Translations under genes and position numbers: made by a program
Shown here: one piece after another, positions 9,355 to 19,927 of the stretch
Numbering within the stretch: position 1 is the first letter of the stretch
Layout: every line of letters starts with the position of its first letter
The notes under the pieces: model-generated
What the model was told of the DNA's origin: nothing
The model's database searches: none
Seen by the model: only the letters and a program-made list of their open reading frames with translations
Assembly: GCA_016715425.1 (NCBI GenBank)
Contig: JADKAC010000002.1
Span: forward strand, 171,351-235,350
Origin: Bacteroidota bacterium
GTDB lineage: Bacteria; Bacteroidota; Bacteroidia; Chitinophagales; BACL12
Reading direction: 5' to 3'
Length of the DNA: 64,000 nucleotides

Positions 9355-12300
9355 TTAGAAGGTATCAAGATCAATAGGACGCATAGCGCCAAACCATTTA
9401 ACAGTACGTTCACCAAGTTCTCCGGCATCTATATGAATTAGATAAACTCCACTAGCTACCATCACACCTTTTGCATTTTTTAAATCCCATTCAAGTGAAG
9501 TATCCAGATTATCTGACTTAGTCGTTAGGACTCCTCCCGAAGAAACTTCACCCGAAACGGCTCGTGAAAATTTCCGTACAAGAGTGCCATCCATAGAGAA
9601 GATACTTATGGTGCAATTACTTGGTAAATTAGTAATTTTTATTCTGTAGTCAACAGGACTGGTTTCATAACTGGAATAAGCATAATATGGATTAGGAACA
9701 ACGTTAATTAAATCCAAAGCGCTTTCGGCTTTAGCTGTATTCCCAACAGTAGCAGCCAAATTCTTAGTACTGAAATTATATAAAGGGAACCCAGCGTTTT
9801 CACCATTCACCTCATTATTTACATATCTGCGTGTTACTCTTATTTTCAATTTAGATTCTGTTGGAATCAATCCATCTTGAAGAGATAACATTGAAACTCC
9901 GGGAGCCGCCATTGGTCTTCCAATCCAAACCACATTTTTCCAGACTTCACGCACAGTTGTAGTTGAAGGTGGTGTTCCTCCTACAAAGGATAATGAATCC
10001 CTCCAGGTTTTACCTCCGTCGTAAGGAATACGTGTAACATATATATTGTGCTTACCTCCTAATATAACATCCAATCCACTTTCTCCAAAATATTTATCAG
10101 TTGGATTAAATAACATATCATCTGAGTTGCCATCAACGTTCACAAATGGATCCTCTCCAAAGAAAATATTAACCCTTTGGCCAGTTTCTACATTTATTGC
10201 ATATCCAGGGAACCAACTCCTACCAATTTCACCCGCCACTTCATTACCAAATTGATCAATTGAAGGTTTCTGACGGAGATCCATTTTATTTTCTCCATAT
10301 AAATTTGTAAACGTTCCTTCACCTGTATTTACCACTATACATTGAGACCATTTAGATCTATCACTTGTAAACACAATGTCAATACCATTTAAGCTGCTCA
10401 ACTTCTGCTGAGGTAAGGAGATTGTTAAGCCAATAATTTGACGAAGTGGCATGTATAATATTCCAGTGGATTCATTATTATATCGGGTTAGACCCATAGG
10501 TCCGATTGTACCACCGAAAATTGATTCATAAACTTCATTATCATCTACTCCTGGTATATCTGTTTCATCTACACCAGATCTTAACCAATTTAACAAAGGA
10601 GAACCATTTACATTTGGAACACCTGATAACCAAGGCATATTTACATTTTCGTATTCGATATTCCAACCAATTAAACCATTATTAGCTTCCCATTCAACTC
10701 CTGCAACTGCTGGGTTTGGTCCTGGTGGATAAACACCCTTAATAGTTACAGCAAGTCCCCAGTCAGGAATAATTTGTTCGTTTTTAAATCCAATAGGGAA
10801 ATCAGATTTTACCGATTCACCTGAAGTTAAATTTGTAATTACCCACCAGGTAGAATCATAATTCATTGCATATCCTGAAGGCGCTCCTGAAGCAGCTAAT
10901 GAAGAATCATATAACATTACCTGAAAATCAGCCGCAGGTACTCTAACAGGGTCATAAACTGCAACATCAATTGGTGCATGTCTACCTTCGTAAACCGGCA
11001 TAGCAATAGAGCCATTTGCTAAAATTTCATCTACGGTGGTGGTTGTTAGCTCCAGAAAATTACCTCCATTACCTAAACCTTCTACCATTGTAATGTCCGG
11101 TCCGTCACCATATTGTGCATTAAGTATTGTACCTCCTGCTTGTGGATCGGTTTTATGTGGAATTCCAACGTACAATTTTATATTATTTCTTCCTTCCAAA
11201 TATGGTCTCTTCTGAGAATTTGGATCAACAGGATCATATTCTTTAAATTCGTTATAAGCATAAGCCACTACTGAAAAATAATACTTTTTATAATTTACAA
11301 TTTTAGTATTGCCTGATGCAAATGCATCATCTGTTATTCTAAAAGTGTGAAAGATGCCATCATTATTACCATCTACTTGCAATACGGGGACATCTGCTCC
11401 TAATATAGGATCATATGTAAAGTTCACCAGCTTAACTACATCATCTTCAAGATCACACTGGAAAATCAATCGTGCTTTTGCAGGATCATTATATTCTGAA
11501 CTAGAAACTTGACCATTGACAAGTTGATATATCTTATACCCCTGAAAATTATAAGTAGAGTCTGAAATTGTAGGATCTTCATCAATTATACTTTTAATAA
11601 TTGGATCAGTTTCTTCATAAGATTCTCCCTTATTATTTGAATTTTGTCCGTTGGTAATTGAAAGAATTAATTCCTTGTCCAATTCTCTTATCGACATATC
11701 CGGTGCATCAGGACCACTGATTAATTCAAAATCATTATCAAATAATGCTTGAGCTTTTTGATCAGCAAGGGATATTGCATCGAATGTAGTTTGACATCCT
11801 CCGGAAATTGGAGGTCTCACCCATAGTGCACCAATCACAATTTCATTTGTAGCGCCCGGTTCCAATCTAAATGGACCAGAGGAAATAATAAATCTTCTGT
11901 CAGCCGGTGGATTACCCTCAGTACACTCGCTCCATCCTAAAGGATCGCCTGGATCACTAGGGAACATAAATGCATTTGACTCTGTGCCACCGTAGCCATT
12001 ACCACCATAGGTAAATGGAGAACCATCTTTCCAGCTTCCTGAAAGATATCCATAATAATGGGCTGCCACTTCAGGGTTTCCTATTGTTGACCAGTCATTA
12101 TTATAATAAAGGAAACCTGCCATACCCAAACGAACACTATCCGAAATAGATCCGCCATCATAGGTATATTTTATGGGTCCCTGAAAAAAGTCTGTACCAA
12201 ATAAAGGAGGGTTGGCACCGTATGCTGCTAAGTCAGGTCCATCAACGGCATCGCCATTATATGTAAGACCTAAAGAAAGAGCTGTATCACAACCTACCCA

Positions 12301-13203
12301 GTCATCCCAAGCATATCCTAAATCAGAATCAACCCAATAACCCATGAACACTGAATCAAGAGCCGAAGTAGCATAATTAATTACATTATATCTGTAAAAG
12401 GTCATGTCGTTAATCTCATCATTAGTACTGAATGCAAATGCAGTTGCTTGAATTTCAACACCAATAGCATCTCCACCGGATTCTGTATGGATATTTCCCT
12501 TATCATTATAAACCCAGAAGATTGCCTGATCTCCATCTACATCGGGATATTCACCAAAGTTTGGTTCATACTGCCCATTAAAATTTAAATCAACAAATGG
12601 AGCAAGTGGTTTATTAATCACCAAAACATCGGTAGCAGATTTACCTTTGGCATTAGCATTGCCAAGGGCTGGCCATTCCCAAATTACTCTAAATGTAGGT
12701 GAAAATGTAAGAGGTGTCGCATCAGAACCTCCAAGATTTATAAAGCTATCAATCAAACTGGCATTTACTTTCCAATGTCTGTCGTAGGCATTACACACCA
12801 CATCATCTACAGTACCTAAGTTATTCAAAGGCCCAGGCCAAAAATCATTACCGTTCTGCCGATAGGTTTGAGCAGCAATTTTCAATTGCCCTCCGGCGTC
12901 AATACCACCAATCCAAAGTGCGCCGGCAAAGGTGGAACTCACTTCAATATCAGGAGGGTATACCTTAGGTACCACATATTTACCATCAGTTAAATTCCAC
13001 CAAAAGTCACCTGCACCCAATAAACGAGCCCGTACATTATTAATGTCTAACTCAATTTGAGCGGTGGCATCATTACATGCTGCGGATAGCCTGCCATAGT
13101 TTTGAGCATTTCTTCCTGAAATACCTATGTTCTCTTTTGCTTGCGATGTAAAAACTACAGTTGCCAGTAAAATAGAAGTGAAAATTATTTTTTTGTTCAA
13201 CAT
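9355..13203 (-). CDS. 1282-aa secreted protein of unknown function with a T9SS type-A-like C-terminal domain
   Basis: Signal peptide MLNKKIIFTSILLATVVFTSQA. No HExxH or other catalytic motif that I recognise. C-terminus VVPNPYY...ISIFSMDGTLV...GVYLIHIDAG...VKWFG resembles Por_Secre_tail with an insertion. Confidence 0.8.
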   Translation of the reverse strand: MLNKKIIFTSILLATVVFTSQAKENIGISGRNAQNYGRLSAACNDATAQIELDINNVRARLLGAGDFWWNLTDGKYVVPKVYPPDIEVSSTFAGALWIGGIDAGGQLKIAAQTYRQNGNDFWPGPLNNLGTVDDVVCNAYDRHWKVNASLIDSFINLGGSDATPLTFSPTFRVIWEWPALGNANAKGKSATDVLVINKPLAPFVDLNFNGQYEPNFGEYPDVDGDQAIFWVYNDKGNIHTESGGDAIGVEIQATAFAFSTNDEINDMTFYRYNVINYATSALDSVFMGYWVDSDLGYAWDDWVGCDTALSLGLTYNGDAVDGPDLAAYGANPPLFGTDFFQGPIKYTYDGGSISDSVRLGMAGFLYYNNDWSTIGNPEVAAHYYGYLSGSWKDGSPFTYGGNGYGGTESNAFMFPSDPGDPLGWSECTEGNPPADRRFIISSGPFRLEPGATNEIVIGALWVRPPISGGCQTTFDAISLADQKAQALFDNDFELISGPDAPDMSIRELDKELILSITNGQNSNNKGESYEETDPIIKSIIDEDPTISDSTYNFQGYKIYQLVNGQVSSSEYNDPAKARLIFQCDLEDDVVKLVNFTYDPILGADVPVLQVDGNNDGIFHTFRITDDAFASGNTKIVNYKKYYFSVVAYAYNEFKEYDPVDPNSQKRPYLEGRNNIKLYVGIPHKTDPQAGGTILNAQYGDGPDITMVEGLGNGGNFLELTTTTVDEILANGSIAMPVYEGRHAPIDVAVYDPVRVPAADFQVMLYDSSLAASGAPSGYAMNYDSTWWVITNLTSGESVKSDFPIGFKNEQIIPDWGLAVTIKGVYPPGPNPAVAGVEWEANNGLIGWNIEYENVNMPWLSGVPNVNGSPLLNWLRSGVDETDIPGVDDNEVYESIFGGTIGPMGLTRYNNESTGILYMPLRQIIGLTISLPQQKLSSLNGIDIVFTSDRSKWSQCIVVNTGEGTFTNLYGENKMDLRQKPSIDQFGNEVAGEIGRSWFPGYAINVETGQRVNIFFGEDPFVNVDGNSDDMLFNPTDKYFGESGLDVILGGKHNIYVTRIPYDGGKTWRDSLSFVGGTPPSTTTVREVWKNVVWIGRPMAAPGVSMLSLQDGLIPTESKLKIRVTRRYVNNEVNGENAGFPLYNFSTKNLAATVGNTAKAESALDLINVVPNPYYAYSSYETSPVDYRIKITNLPSNCTISIFSMDGTLVRKFSRAVSGEVSSGGVLTTKSDNLDTSLEWDLKNAKGVMVASGVYLIHIDAGELGERTVKWFGAMRPIDLDTF

Positions 13204-13227
13204 ATATAATTGCTTTAAACTATTTTT

Positions 13228-16200
13228 TTAAAAATCAAATGATAACCCAATCCTAATTCTTCTAGGAATGCTATAATTATCAGGATTTTGCATTCTTGCT
13301 GTATATAAATCAGTAAATGACGCAGCATTCACCTGACCTTCAATGGTTTCAGCACCATAAGCAGAACTCAAATATCCATCATCTAATGGATTTCCGGTAT
13401 ATCCATAAACCGCTAAGATATTTTCTGTGTTAAACAAATTCTGAATCCATAAATACACATTCATGTTAACCATGCGTTCTTTTGATTCTTTACCCACTGA
13501 AAAACCCCAAGATTTATCTAATTTCATATCTGCACGAAAATGCCATGGCAATCTAGATCCATTTACTGTTCCATCAAGGTTTGTATTTCGATCATCACCA
13601 AATTGAGTAGCTGTTGGATTGCTTTGACGAGTGTATGGTTCACCAGAACGAGCATTGAATGTCATGTTTAATCCAATATTATTCATCCAAGTTGGCTGAC
13701 CTCCCATTGGATTATCAAAACGATAATCCATTACCACTTTAATATTATGACGTGAATCATAGTTTAAAGGAATTATTGCTCTAAGGTTTGGTTGACCGGA
13801 ACCCACAAGATTAAGTTGTGATGTTGCACTTGAACCTGTTCCATCTGCAAATTGTAAGGTATAGCTGGTAGATATTTTTAAATTTCTCGTCCTGCGTGCA
13901 ATATCATATGCAATGGAAATACCTTTAACTGTTCCAAAATCTATATTACCATAGGTAGTATATTGAACTGGTACGGCATAAGGTACGCTGATAATTTGAA
14001 CCATATCTCTGAGTTCTCTATAAAAAGCTGAGATTTTCAGAACGGATGATTCATTTAATTGCTGTTGGAAGCCAATTTGATAATCAATAGTTTTCTCTGG
14101 TTTTAAATCCGGATTATCGAATACATTATTTACATTTTCCTGAAAGTAATAATAATCATAAGCGGTAGCAGAGGTTCCGGTAGGTGGTCTTTGTGTTAAT
14201 ATATCATAATGGGCGAAGAACAAGGCTTCTCTATTCGTTTCTTTTGATATAGGGAAAGAGAATGCAATTCTCGGCATAACTGAAACTTGAGGTTTATAAT
14301 CTTCAAAAGAGGTACTTGGATCAAAATTCTCACTCTTTATATCTGTAGATGGATCCACCAGATAAGGAGTAATTGTACCAGTAGATGAACTCAAAGCAAT
14401 AGTTCTTGGATCTGTAATTTCCTCTCCACTTGAATTATACCAAGTATCCTCATCCCGATATCCTAAAATTTGAGTAGGATTATTATAATCATCTACATAG
14501 ACTGCATAATCACTTCCAATATTTCCAGGATGCGCACCATTTGGATTTAAAGCGGGATCCACTTCATTTACAGAATAAATTTCATATAATGAATATTTAT
14601 CTTTTAACACACTGCGGTTTGCATCATATCTGTCAACACGAACTCCCACACGGAAAATGATATCGTTAAAATTGAAGCGATCTTGAATATAACCTGCTGT
14701 ATAAACCGGACGGAAAGCACCAATTGGTCTAGTCTTAATTCCATCTTCGTTTTCGGCAGTCCAGAAATCATTAAAAGAAGGTTGAGTTGTTAATCTGTTT
14801 CCAAGAATATCATAACCATTGTAAAAAACAAATGCATTACCATTATTTAATAATTCATCTGCACTAAACAAGTCTAAAGAAAACACATCAACTGGAAGAT
14901 TATCAATATTAAGATAATCCTGATCACTCACATTATATCCCAGTTCATTCAATTTCTCTCTTAATTGTTGATCAAAATAGGTTTGATCTTCCGCCACAAA
15001 TAATCTATCGTAACGAATTGTATCAAATTCACCAAAGTCCAAACCTGAATCCAAATATTCCTGATAGGAATATTCTTGTCCGTCAATTACTAAAATAGGA
15101 TTATCGGTATCCAAATTTGTAATATGGCGATTTGCTAATTGGCGAGATAAGGTCCATAAACCAATTGGAGTAACTTGATATAAACGTTGTACTTGTTGTT
15201 GGAATTCAAATCCAAATTCAATGGAGTGCTTAGAAACGTTAGATGATTTCTTCCTGCTCTTCAAATCTATTGCTGCATTAAAGGTTAAACCATATTGATC
15301 ATTATTTTGCTTGAAATAATTACTATAAGGCACCCCTGCATTCCACCACATTCCATACACATTGGTTCCTTGTACATATGCATCTCCATTTAGTAACCCA
15401 CCACCTAATTGAATATCAAACAAACTGCGTGGATCAAATAAACTTTCATTGTAATACTGAGTAGTATAGGTGCTTAATTCTGGGTTAAGAGTTCCCGGAG
15501 TATATTCAACAAGTGTATCGGCATAACCTGCAAGGAGCCAACCGTTCAGACCAGTTGTTGGATCAGCTCCATATCCGTAAACTGGAGCTCTCAAAGTATT
15601 AAATTCACCTACATATCCATAATTAAATGGATTCATACCATGAGTTTCGTCTTGTGTGGTTCCATAATACTTGGTATAGTCTACTTGAATATTATAGAAT
15701 GCATTTCCAACTATACTTTCTTTTTCACCATCTGCTCCTTTCTTTTCAGGAAAACGTTGGGTAAATCTCAAAAATCCACGATAAGTATTTTGGTCTGAAA
15801 TAGGATTATTCTCTGAATTAAAAAGCGCAAAACTTCTTACATAATTATTTGCATCAAATCCTCTCCAGGTCAATCCGAGCTGAAGATTAGTTGTTTGACT
15901 TAGTTTATAATCAAAACGTGTGGAGAGTGAGATACCTCCTGAATTCACATTCTGCTTATATGCAACATCCTCCATATCATCAAATGTTATGAATTCAGAG
16001 CTTTTATTAAATCCTGCTCCAGAAACTGCCGGCTTAAGTGGATTTGCAATAAGATCATTCATTATATCGTCTTGGATTTTATAATTGCCAATTGCTGAAG
16101 GGTCTGAGTCTTTTTCCCATTCGCCTTCTGCAGCTATAAAAAATCCGAACTTGGCTACTTCATTATCCTTTCCCTTGTTTTGGGTAATGATAGGACCAGT

Positions 16201-16950
16201 AAGAAATACAGAAGCAAGATTATAATTATAAGGGTCTAAAAATGTAGATGTAGCTACTTCAGCACTACCATTATAAACTTTGGAAGGTCCTCTAGTTGTA
16301 ATTGCAATAAATCCACCAGTGGCGTCTCCGTACTTTGGATCTACACCACCGGTAATTACTTGTAATTGTTCAATAGCATCCTGTGGTAATTTTAAAGAGC
16401 CTGATACCCTTACACCGTCAATAACATATTCAGTTGCATCACCTCTGGAACCCTTAATGCTTAAGCCACCACCTTCATCACTTTGATAAACACCTTCTTT
16501 TGTGGCAGCAATAGAAGTTACATTCCTGGTAGCAATTTGTTGTATATCCTCCTTTGTTACAACGCCTCCTGTAGAAGTATTTCCTTTATCTACTAAAGGT
16601 GCTTCATATTGGATCACTATTTCATCAAGTGTTGTTCCCTCATTTAGGATTATATCTTTAAGAAAAACAATACCTGAAGAAACCACGATATTGGTTACTC
16701 GATATTTATTACCTTGATAGGAAGCTTCCACATCATAAGTACCCGGACTTAAGCCCGGAATAGAATAATTCCCGTCAAAATCAGTAACAGCACCTGTTTC
16801 CAATACGCCATTCTTAAAAACAGCCACATTCGCAAATGGAATTCCTTCACCCTTTGGATCAAGTACCTTTCCTTGTATTTCACCGTTTTGAGCAAAGGCC
16901 GTAGTTGCAACAAATATTAGTAGAGTAAATACGTATAAGAATTTATTCAT
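13228..16950 (-). CDS. oversized TonB-dependent-receptor-like outer-membrane protein with N-terminal carboxypeptidase-regulatory-like domain
   Basis: 1240 aa with a signal peptide. CarboxypepD_reg pattern (GKVLDPKGEGIPFANVAV...TDFDGNYSIPGLSPGTYDV), TonB-box-like LDEIVIQY, plug motifs (GLSIKGSRGD...YVIDGVRV...ITGGVDPKYGDATGG), and terminal barrel strand IGLSFDF. Confidence 0.85.
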   Translation of the reverse strand: MNKFLYVFTLLIFVATTAFAQNGEIQGKVLDPKGEGIPFANVAVFKNGVLETGAVTDFDGNYSIPGLSPGTYDVEASYQGNKYRVTNIVVSSGIVFLKDIILNEGTTLDEIVIQYEAPLVDKGNTSTGGVVTKEDIQQIATRNVTSIAATKEGVYQSDEGGGLSIKGSRGDATEYVIDGVRVSGSLKLPQDAIEQLQVITGGVDPKYGDATGGFIAITTRGPSKVYNGSAEVATSTFLDPYNYNLASVFLTGPIITQNKGKDNEVAKFGFFIAAEGEWEKDSDPSAIGNYKIQDDIMNDLIANPLKPAVSGAGFNKSSEFITFDDMEDVAYKQNVNSGGISLSTRFDYKLSQTTNLQLGLTWRGFDANNYVRSFALFNSENNPISDQNTYRGFLRFTQRFPEKKGADGEKESIVGNAFYNIQVDYTKYYGTTQDETHGMNPFNYGYVGEFNTLRAPVYGYGADPTTGLNGWLLAGYADTLVEYTPGTLNPELSTYTTQYYNESLFDPRSLFDIQLGGGLLNGDAYVQGTNVYGMWWNAGVPYSNYFKQNNDQYGLTFNAAIDLKSRKKSSNVSKHSIEFGFEFQQQVQRLYQVTPIGLWTLSRQLANRHITNLDTDNPILVIDGQEYSYQEYLDSGLDFGEFDTIRYDRLFVAEDQTYFDQQLREKLNELGYNVSDQDYLNIDNLPVDVFSLDLFSADELLNNGNAFVFYNGYDILGNRLTTQPSFNDFWTAENEDGIKTRPIGAFRPVYTAGYIQDRFNFNDIIFRVGVRVDRYDANRSVLKDKYSLYEIYSVNEVDPALNPNGAHPGNIGSDYAVYVDDYNNPTQILGYRDEDTWYNSSGEEITDPRTIALSSSTGTITPYLVDPSTDIKSENFDPSTSFEDYKPQVSVMPRIAFSFPISKETNREALFFAHYDILTQRPPTGTSATAYDYYYFQENVNNVFDNPDLKPEKTIDYQIGFQQQLNESSVLKISAFYRELRDMVQIISVPYAVPVQYTTYGNIDFGTVKGISIAYDIARRTRNLKISTSYTLQFADGTGSSATSQLNLVGSGQPNLRAIIPLNYDSRHNIKVVMDYRFDNPMGGQPTWMNNIGLNMTFNARSGEPYTRQSNPTATQFGDDRNTNLDGTVNGSRLPWHFRADMKLDKSWGFSVGKESKERMVNMNVYLWIQNLFNTENILAVYGYTGNPLDDGYLSSAYGAETIEGQVNAASFTDLYTARMQNPDNYSIPRRIRIGLSFDF

Positions 16951-17077
16951 ACACCGAAGTTTTAAAAATTGTTAAGATGCCGTAAAAATATATAAATATT
17001 TATAAACAAAAATACCAACTTGAAAAAAAACTCCAGTCAGCCCGCAGTCATAATAAAATAAGGACTTTGTCAGAAAA

Positions 17078-18010
17078 TTATTTTAAAAAAAATCGAATTT
17101 TCTCCATTAAAATTTTAGTTAATTTAACTTTTGACTCAAAAGTCCAGCCTGCAATATGCGGAGTCATCAACACGTTGCTCATGCTTGATAACGTATCAAA
17201 TACTTTTTTTTCTTCAGTATTTAACACATAATATCTCTCATTTTCAAACACATCCAGTGCCGCTCCCAAAATCTTTCCTGAGTTGAGTCCATGTATCATT
17301 TCACTAGTTTTTATTACTCCCCCTCTTGAAGTATTAATCAGATAAAATGGTTTTGCAGCTAAATCAATCATTTCCCTATTCATCATAAATTTAGTTTCAA
17401 CATTCAGCGGCAAGTGAAAACTTAAAATATCTGATTGCTCAATTATCATATTATAATCCACTTCCTTTACATAAGTATTCCCAAAACCAGATTTATATTT
17501 ATCAAAAGCAAGAATATTACATTCGAATCCACTTAGTTTTTTTGCAAATGCACTTCCTGTATAGCCAAAACCTATGATACCTATAGTTTTCCCAGATATT
17601 TCTACACCTCTGTTTTCTTCTCTTTTCCAAATACCATTTCTTATTTCTGCATCCGCTCTACTAATATTATTCAATAAACAAAGCAACATCCCCAAAGCAT
17701 GTTCAGCCACTGCATTTGCATTCCCTTCAGGCGAACTGAATACTCCTATATTTCTTTCTTTAGCATATGTAATATCAATATGCTCCATGCCTGAACCAAC
17801 ACGACCAATAAATTTTAATTGTTGTCCGCAATCTATCAGATTTTTATCTACCCTGATTTTTGTATTTACGATTATACCTGAATAATCTGCAATTATTTTT
17901 TCAGTTTGATCATAAGTAATGCTTGGAAAATAATCTACTTCAAAATTTATTGATTGAAACTCTTCAATCATTATAGGATGCACATCATCCGTAATTAAAA
18001 CTTTACTCAT
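17078..18010 (-). CDS. D-isomer-specific 2-hydroxyacid dehydrogenase (phosphoglycerate-dehydrogenase-like)
   Basis: 310 aa. NAD-binding GIIGFGYTGSAFAKKL, catalytic-region RGGVI...ALDVFE...TPHIAG. Confidence 0.85.
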   Translation of the reverse strand: MSKVLITDDVHPIMIEEFQSINFEVDYFPSITYDQTEKIIADYSGIIVNTKIRVDKNLIDCGQQLKFIGRVGSGMEHIDITYAKERNIGVFSSPEGNANAVAEHALGMLLCLLNNISRADAEIRNGIWKREENRGVEISGKTIGIIGFGYTGSAFAKKLSGFECNILAFDKYKSGFGNTYVKEVDYNMIIEQSDILSFHLPLNVETKFMMNREMIDLAAKPFYLINTSRGGVIKTSEMIHGLNSGKILGAALDVFENERYYVLNTEEKKVFDTLSSMSNVLMTPHIAGWTFESKVKLTKILMEKIRFFLK

Positions 18011-18779
18011 GCTGTAATTCTAAAGTGAACTGAATATAATCTTCCACACTCAGTTGCTCTGCCCGTAAATGTTCCCAATCATGTTTTTTCAATATTTCAA
18101 GAGCACCTTCTACGCTTGCTAATGCATTACTCAATTTTTTTCGGCGCTGATTAAATGCTGTTTTTACAATCGTTCGTAAAAGAGATTCATTCCACATCTC
18201 AGTTTGATTTTTTCGTTGCAATCTTATAACAGCAGAATGCACTTTGGGTGGGGGAGAAAATTTATCGGGAGTTACTTCAAAAAGATATTCGGTGGTATAA
18301 TACGCCTGGGTTAAAACACATATCACCCCATAATCTTTATTGCCATGTTTTGCAGTAATGCGCTTTGCCATTTCCCTTTGAAACATGCCCACAGCCAATA
18401 CAACAACATCCTTATATTTGAGAAGATGAAAAACAATTTGAGATGAAATATTGTAAGGGAAATTTCCTATTAAATAAATATTTTTTGATCTCAATGTATA
18501 TAAATCAAGCCTTAAAAAATCTCCTGCTAATATTTTATTTTGTTCCAATTGCCATTGTGTAGAAGCAAGCTTTAAAATACGGTCATCAATTTCAGAAATA
18601 TAAAATTGATCGGGATATTTTTTTATAAGAAACTTTGTTAGCACACCTAAGCCTGGGCCAATTTCAATAACTTTTCCATCTGTCAAAACAGGTTGCAAAG
18701 CTTCTACGATTTGCAAAGCAATTTGATCATCATTTAAAAAATGTTGACCGAGTGATTTTTTCGTTTTAAAGCGATTCAA
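18003..18779 (-). CDS. rsmA: 16S rRNA (adenine1518-N6/adenine1519-N6)-dimethyltransferase
   Basis: KKSLGQHFL start block, SAM motif EIGPGLG, and NFPYNISS motif. Confidence 0.92.
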   Translation of the reverse strand: MNRFKTKKSLGQHFLNDDQIALQIVEALQPVLTDGKVIEIGPGLGVLTKFLIKKYPDQFYISEIDDRILKLASTQWQLEQNKILAGDFLRLDLYTLRSKNIYLIGNFPYNISSQIVFHLLKYKDVVVLAVGMFQREMAKRITAKHGNKDYGVICVLTQAYYTTEYLFEVTPDKFSPPPKVHSAVIRLQRKNQTEMWNESLLRTIVKTAFNQRRKKLSNALASVEGALEILKKHDWEHLRAEQLSVEDYIQFTLELQHE

Positions 18780-18844
18780 GTTAAAAGGATGTGTTGCAAC
18801 GAAAGTGCTTATTTTTGCTGATACATTAAAATGAATAATAAATT

Positions 18845-19897
18845 ATGTCTGCAGAAAAGATAAAAGTAGGTTTTTCAATTGGTGATATAAATGGTATCGG
18901 GCCGGAAATAATTGTGCGGGCATTGGAAGATCACCGTATATTAAAATTATGTACTCCAGTTATATATGCTTCAAATAGATTGATATCCTATTTCAAAAAA
19001 AATATGAATGCAGAGGGATTTAATTATTCCTCGTGCAATAGTGCCGCTGAAGCAAATCCAAAAACAATAAATATTATCAATTGTATTGTAGATGATATCC
19101 AGATCCAAACGGGTGAAATAAATAAATCCGGAGCACGTGCAGCATATATTTCTTTGGATGCTGCTGTAAATGATCTTATAGCTGGCGAGATTCAGGCATT
19201 GGTAACTGCTCCCATTCATAAGCAAAATATGCAACAAGAAGGATTTCAGTTTAATGGGCATACCGGCTATTTAACACATCGTTGCAATGCCACCGAAAGT
19301 TTAATGATACTTACCGCAAATGAAATTCGTATTGCCCTGGTAACTGAACATTTGCCAATAAAGGAGGTTGCTTCCATTATTACAAAAGAGCGTATCGTTA
19401 GCAAATTGCAATTATTAAATAATACATTGCGACAAGACTTTGGAATAGATAAACCTACAATTGCGGTATTAGGGTTAAACCCTCACTCCGGAGATAATGG
19501 ATTAATTGGAATGGAAGAAACAGAGATAATAATTCCAGCAATTGAAGCAATTCAAAAACAAGGAATACTTGCGGTTGGGCCATTTTCTGCTGACGGATTC
19601 TTTGGCAATAATGCATATCGAAAATTCGATGCAATCCTTGCCATGTATCACGATCAGGGTCTTATTCCATTTAAAACCCTCGCCTTTGAAGAAGGAGTAA
19701 ACTTTACTGCGGGATTGCCTGTGATAAGAACATCCCCAGACCACGGAACCGCCTTTGATATAGCAGGTAAAGATTTAGCAGATCATTCCTCATTACTCGC
19801 AGCAATATTTACAGCAATAGATATCTGGCAGCAACGCTCCAATTTTAAAGAAAACAGAAGTAATCCCCTCAAAAGAAATTTATTAGAAGCAGAATAA
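18845..19897 (+). CDS. pdxA: 4-hydroxythreonine-4-phosphate dehydrogenase
   Basis: GDINGIGPEI, GLNPHSGDNG, YHDQGLIPFK and SPDHGTAFDIAGK blocks. Confidence 0.9.
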   Translation: MSAEKIKVGFSIGDINGIGPEIIVRALEDHRILKLCTPVIYASNRLISYFKKNMNAEGFNYSSCNSAAEANPKTINIINCIVDDIQIQTGEINKSGARAAYISLDAAVNDLIAGEIQALVTAPIHKQNMQQEGFQFNGHTGYLTHRCNATESLMILTANEIRIALVTEHLPIKEVASIITKERIVSKLQLLNNTLRQDFGIDKPTIAVLGLNPHSGDNGLIGMEETEIIIPAIEAIQKQGILAVGPFSADGFFGNNAYRKFDAILAMYHDQGLIPFKTLAFEEGVNFTAGLPVIRTSPDHGTAFDIAGKDLADHSSLLAAIFTAIDIWQQRSNFKENRSNPLKRNLLEAE

Positions 19898-19927
19898 TAG
19901 AGCGCTAACTTTTTTAAGATTAATCAT

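Noticed and set aside
10046-10255. Short antisense ORFs inside the large outer-membrane genes (10046..10255, 16280..16486, 16502..16717, 17574..17885 and others in the track).
   Set aside because: They are fully embedded antisense to long ORFs with strong domain signals, and their composition is biased in the way expected of antisense reading.
17024-17036. An 11-mer TCCAGTCAGCC is shared between 17.03 kb and 63.29 kb.
   Set aside because: Hundreds of chance 11-mer matches are expected in a 64-kb AT-biased sequence, and there is no extended similarity around it.
16951-17077. Possible riboswitch (for example cobalamin) upstream of the TonB-dependent-receptor-like gene.
   Set aside because: There are only 127 nt, the region is very AT-rich, and no B12-box or other conserved riboswitch core is visible.
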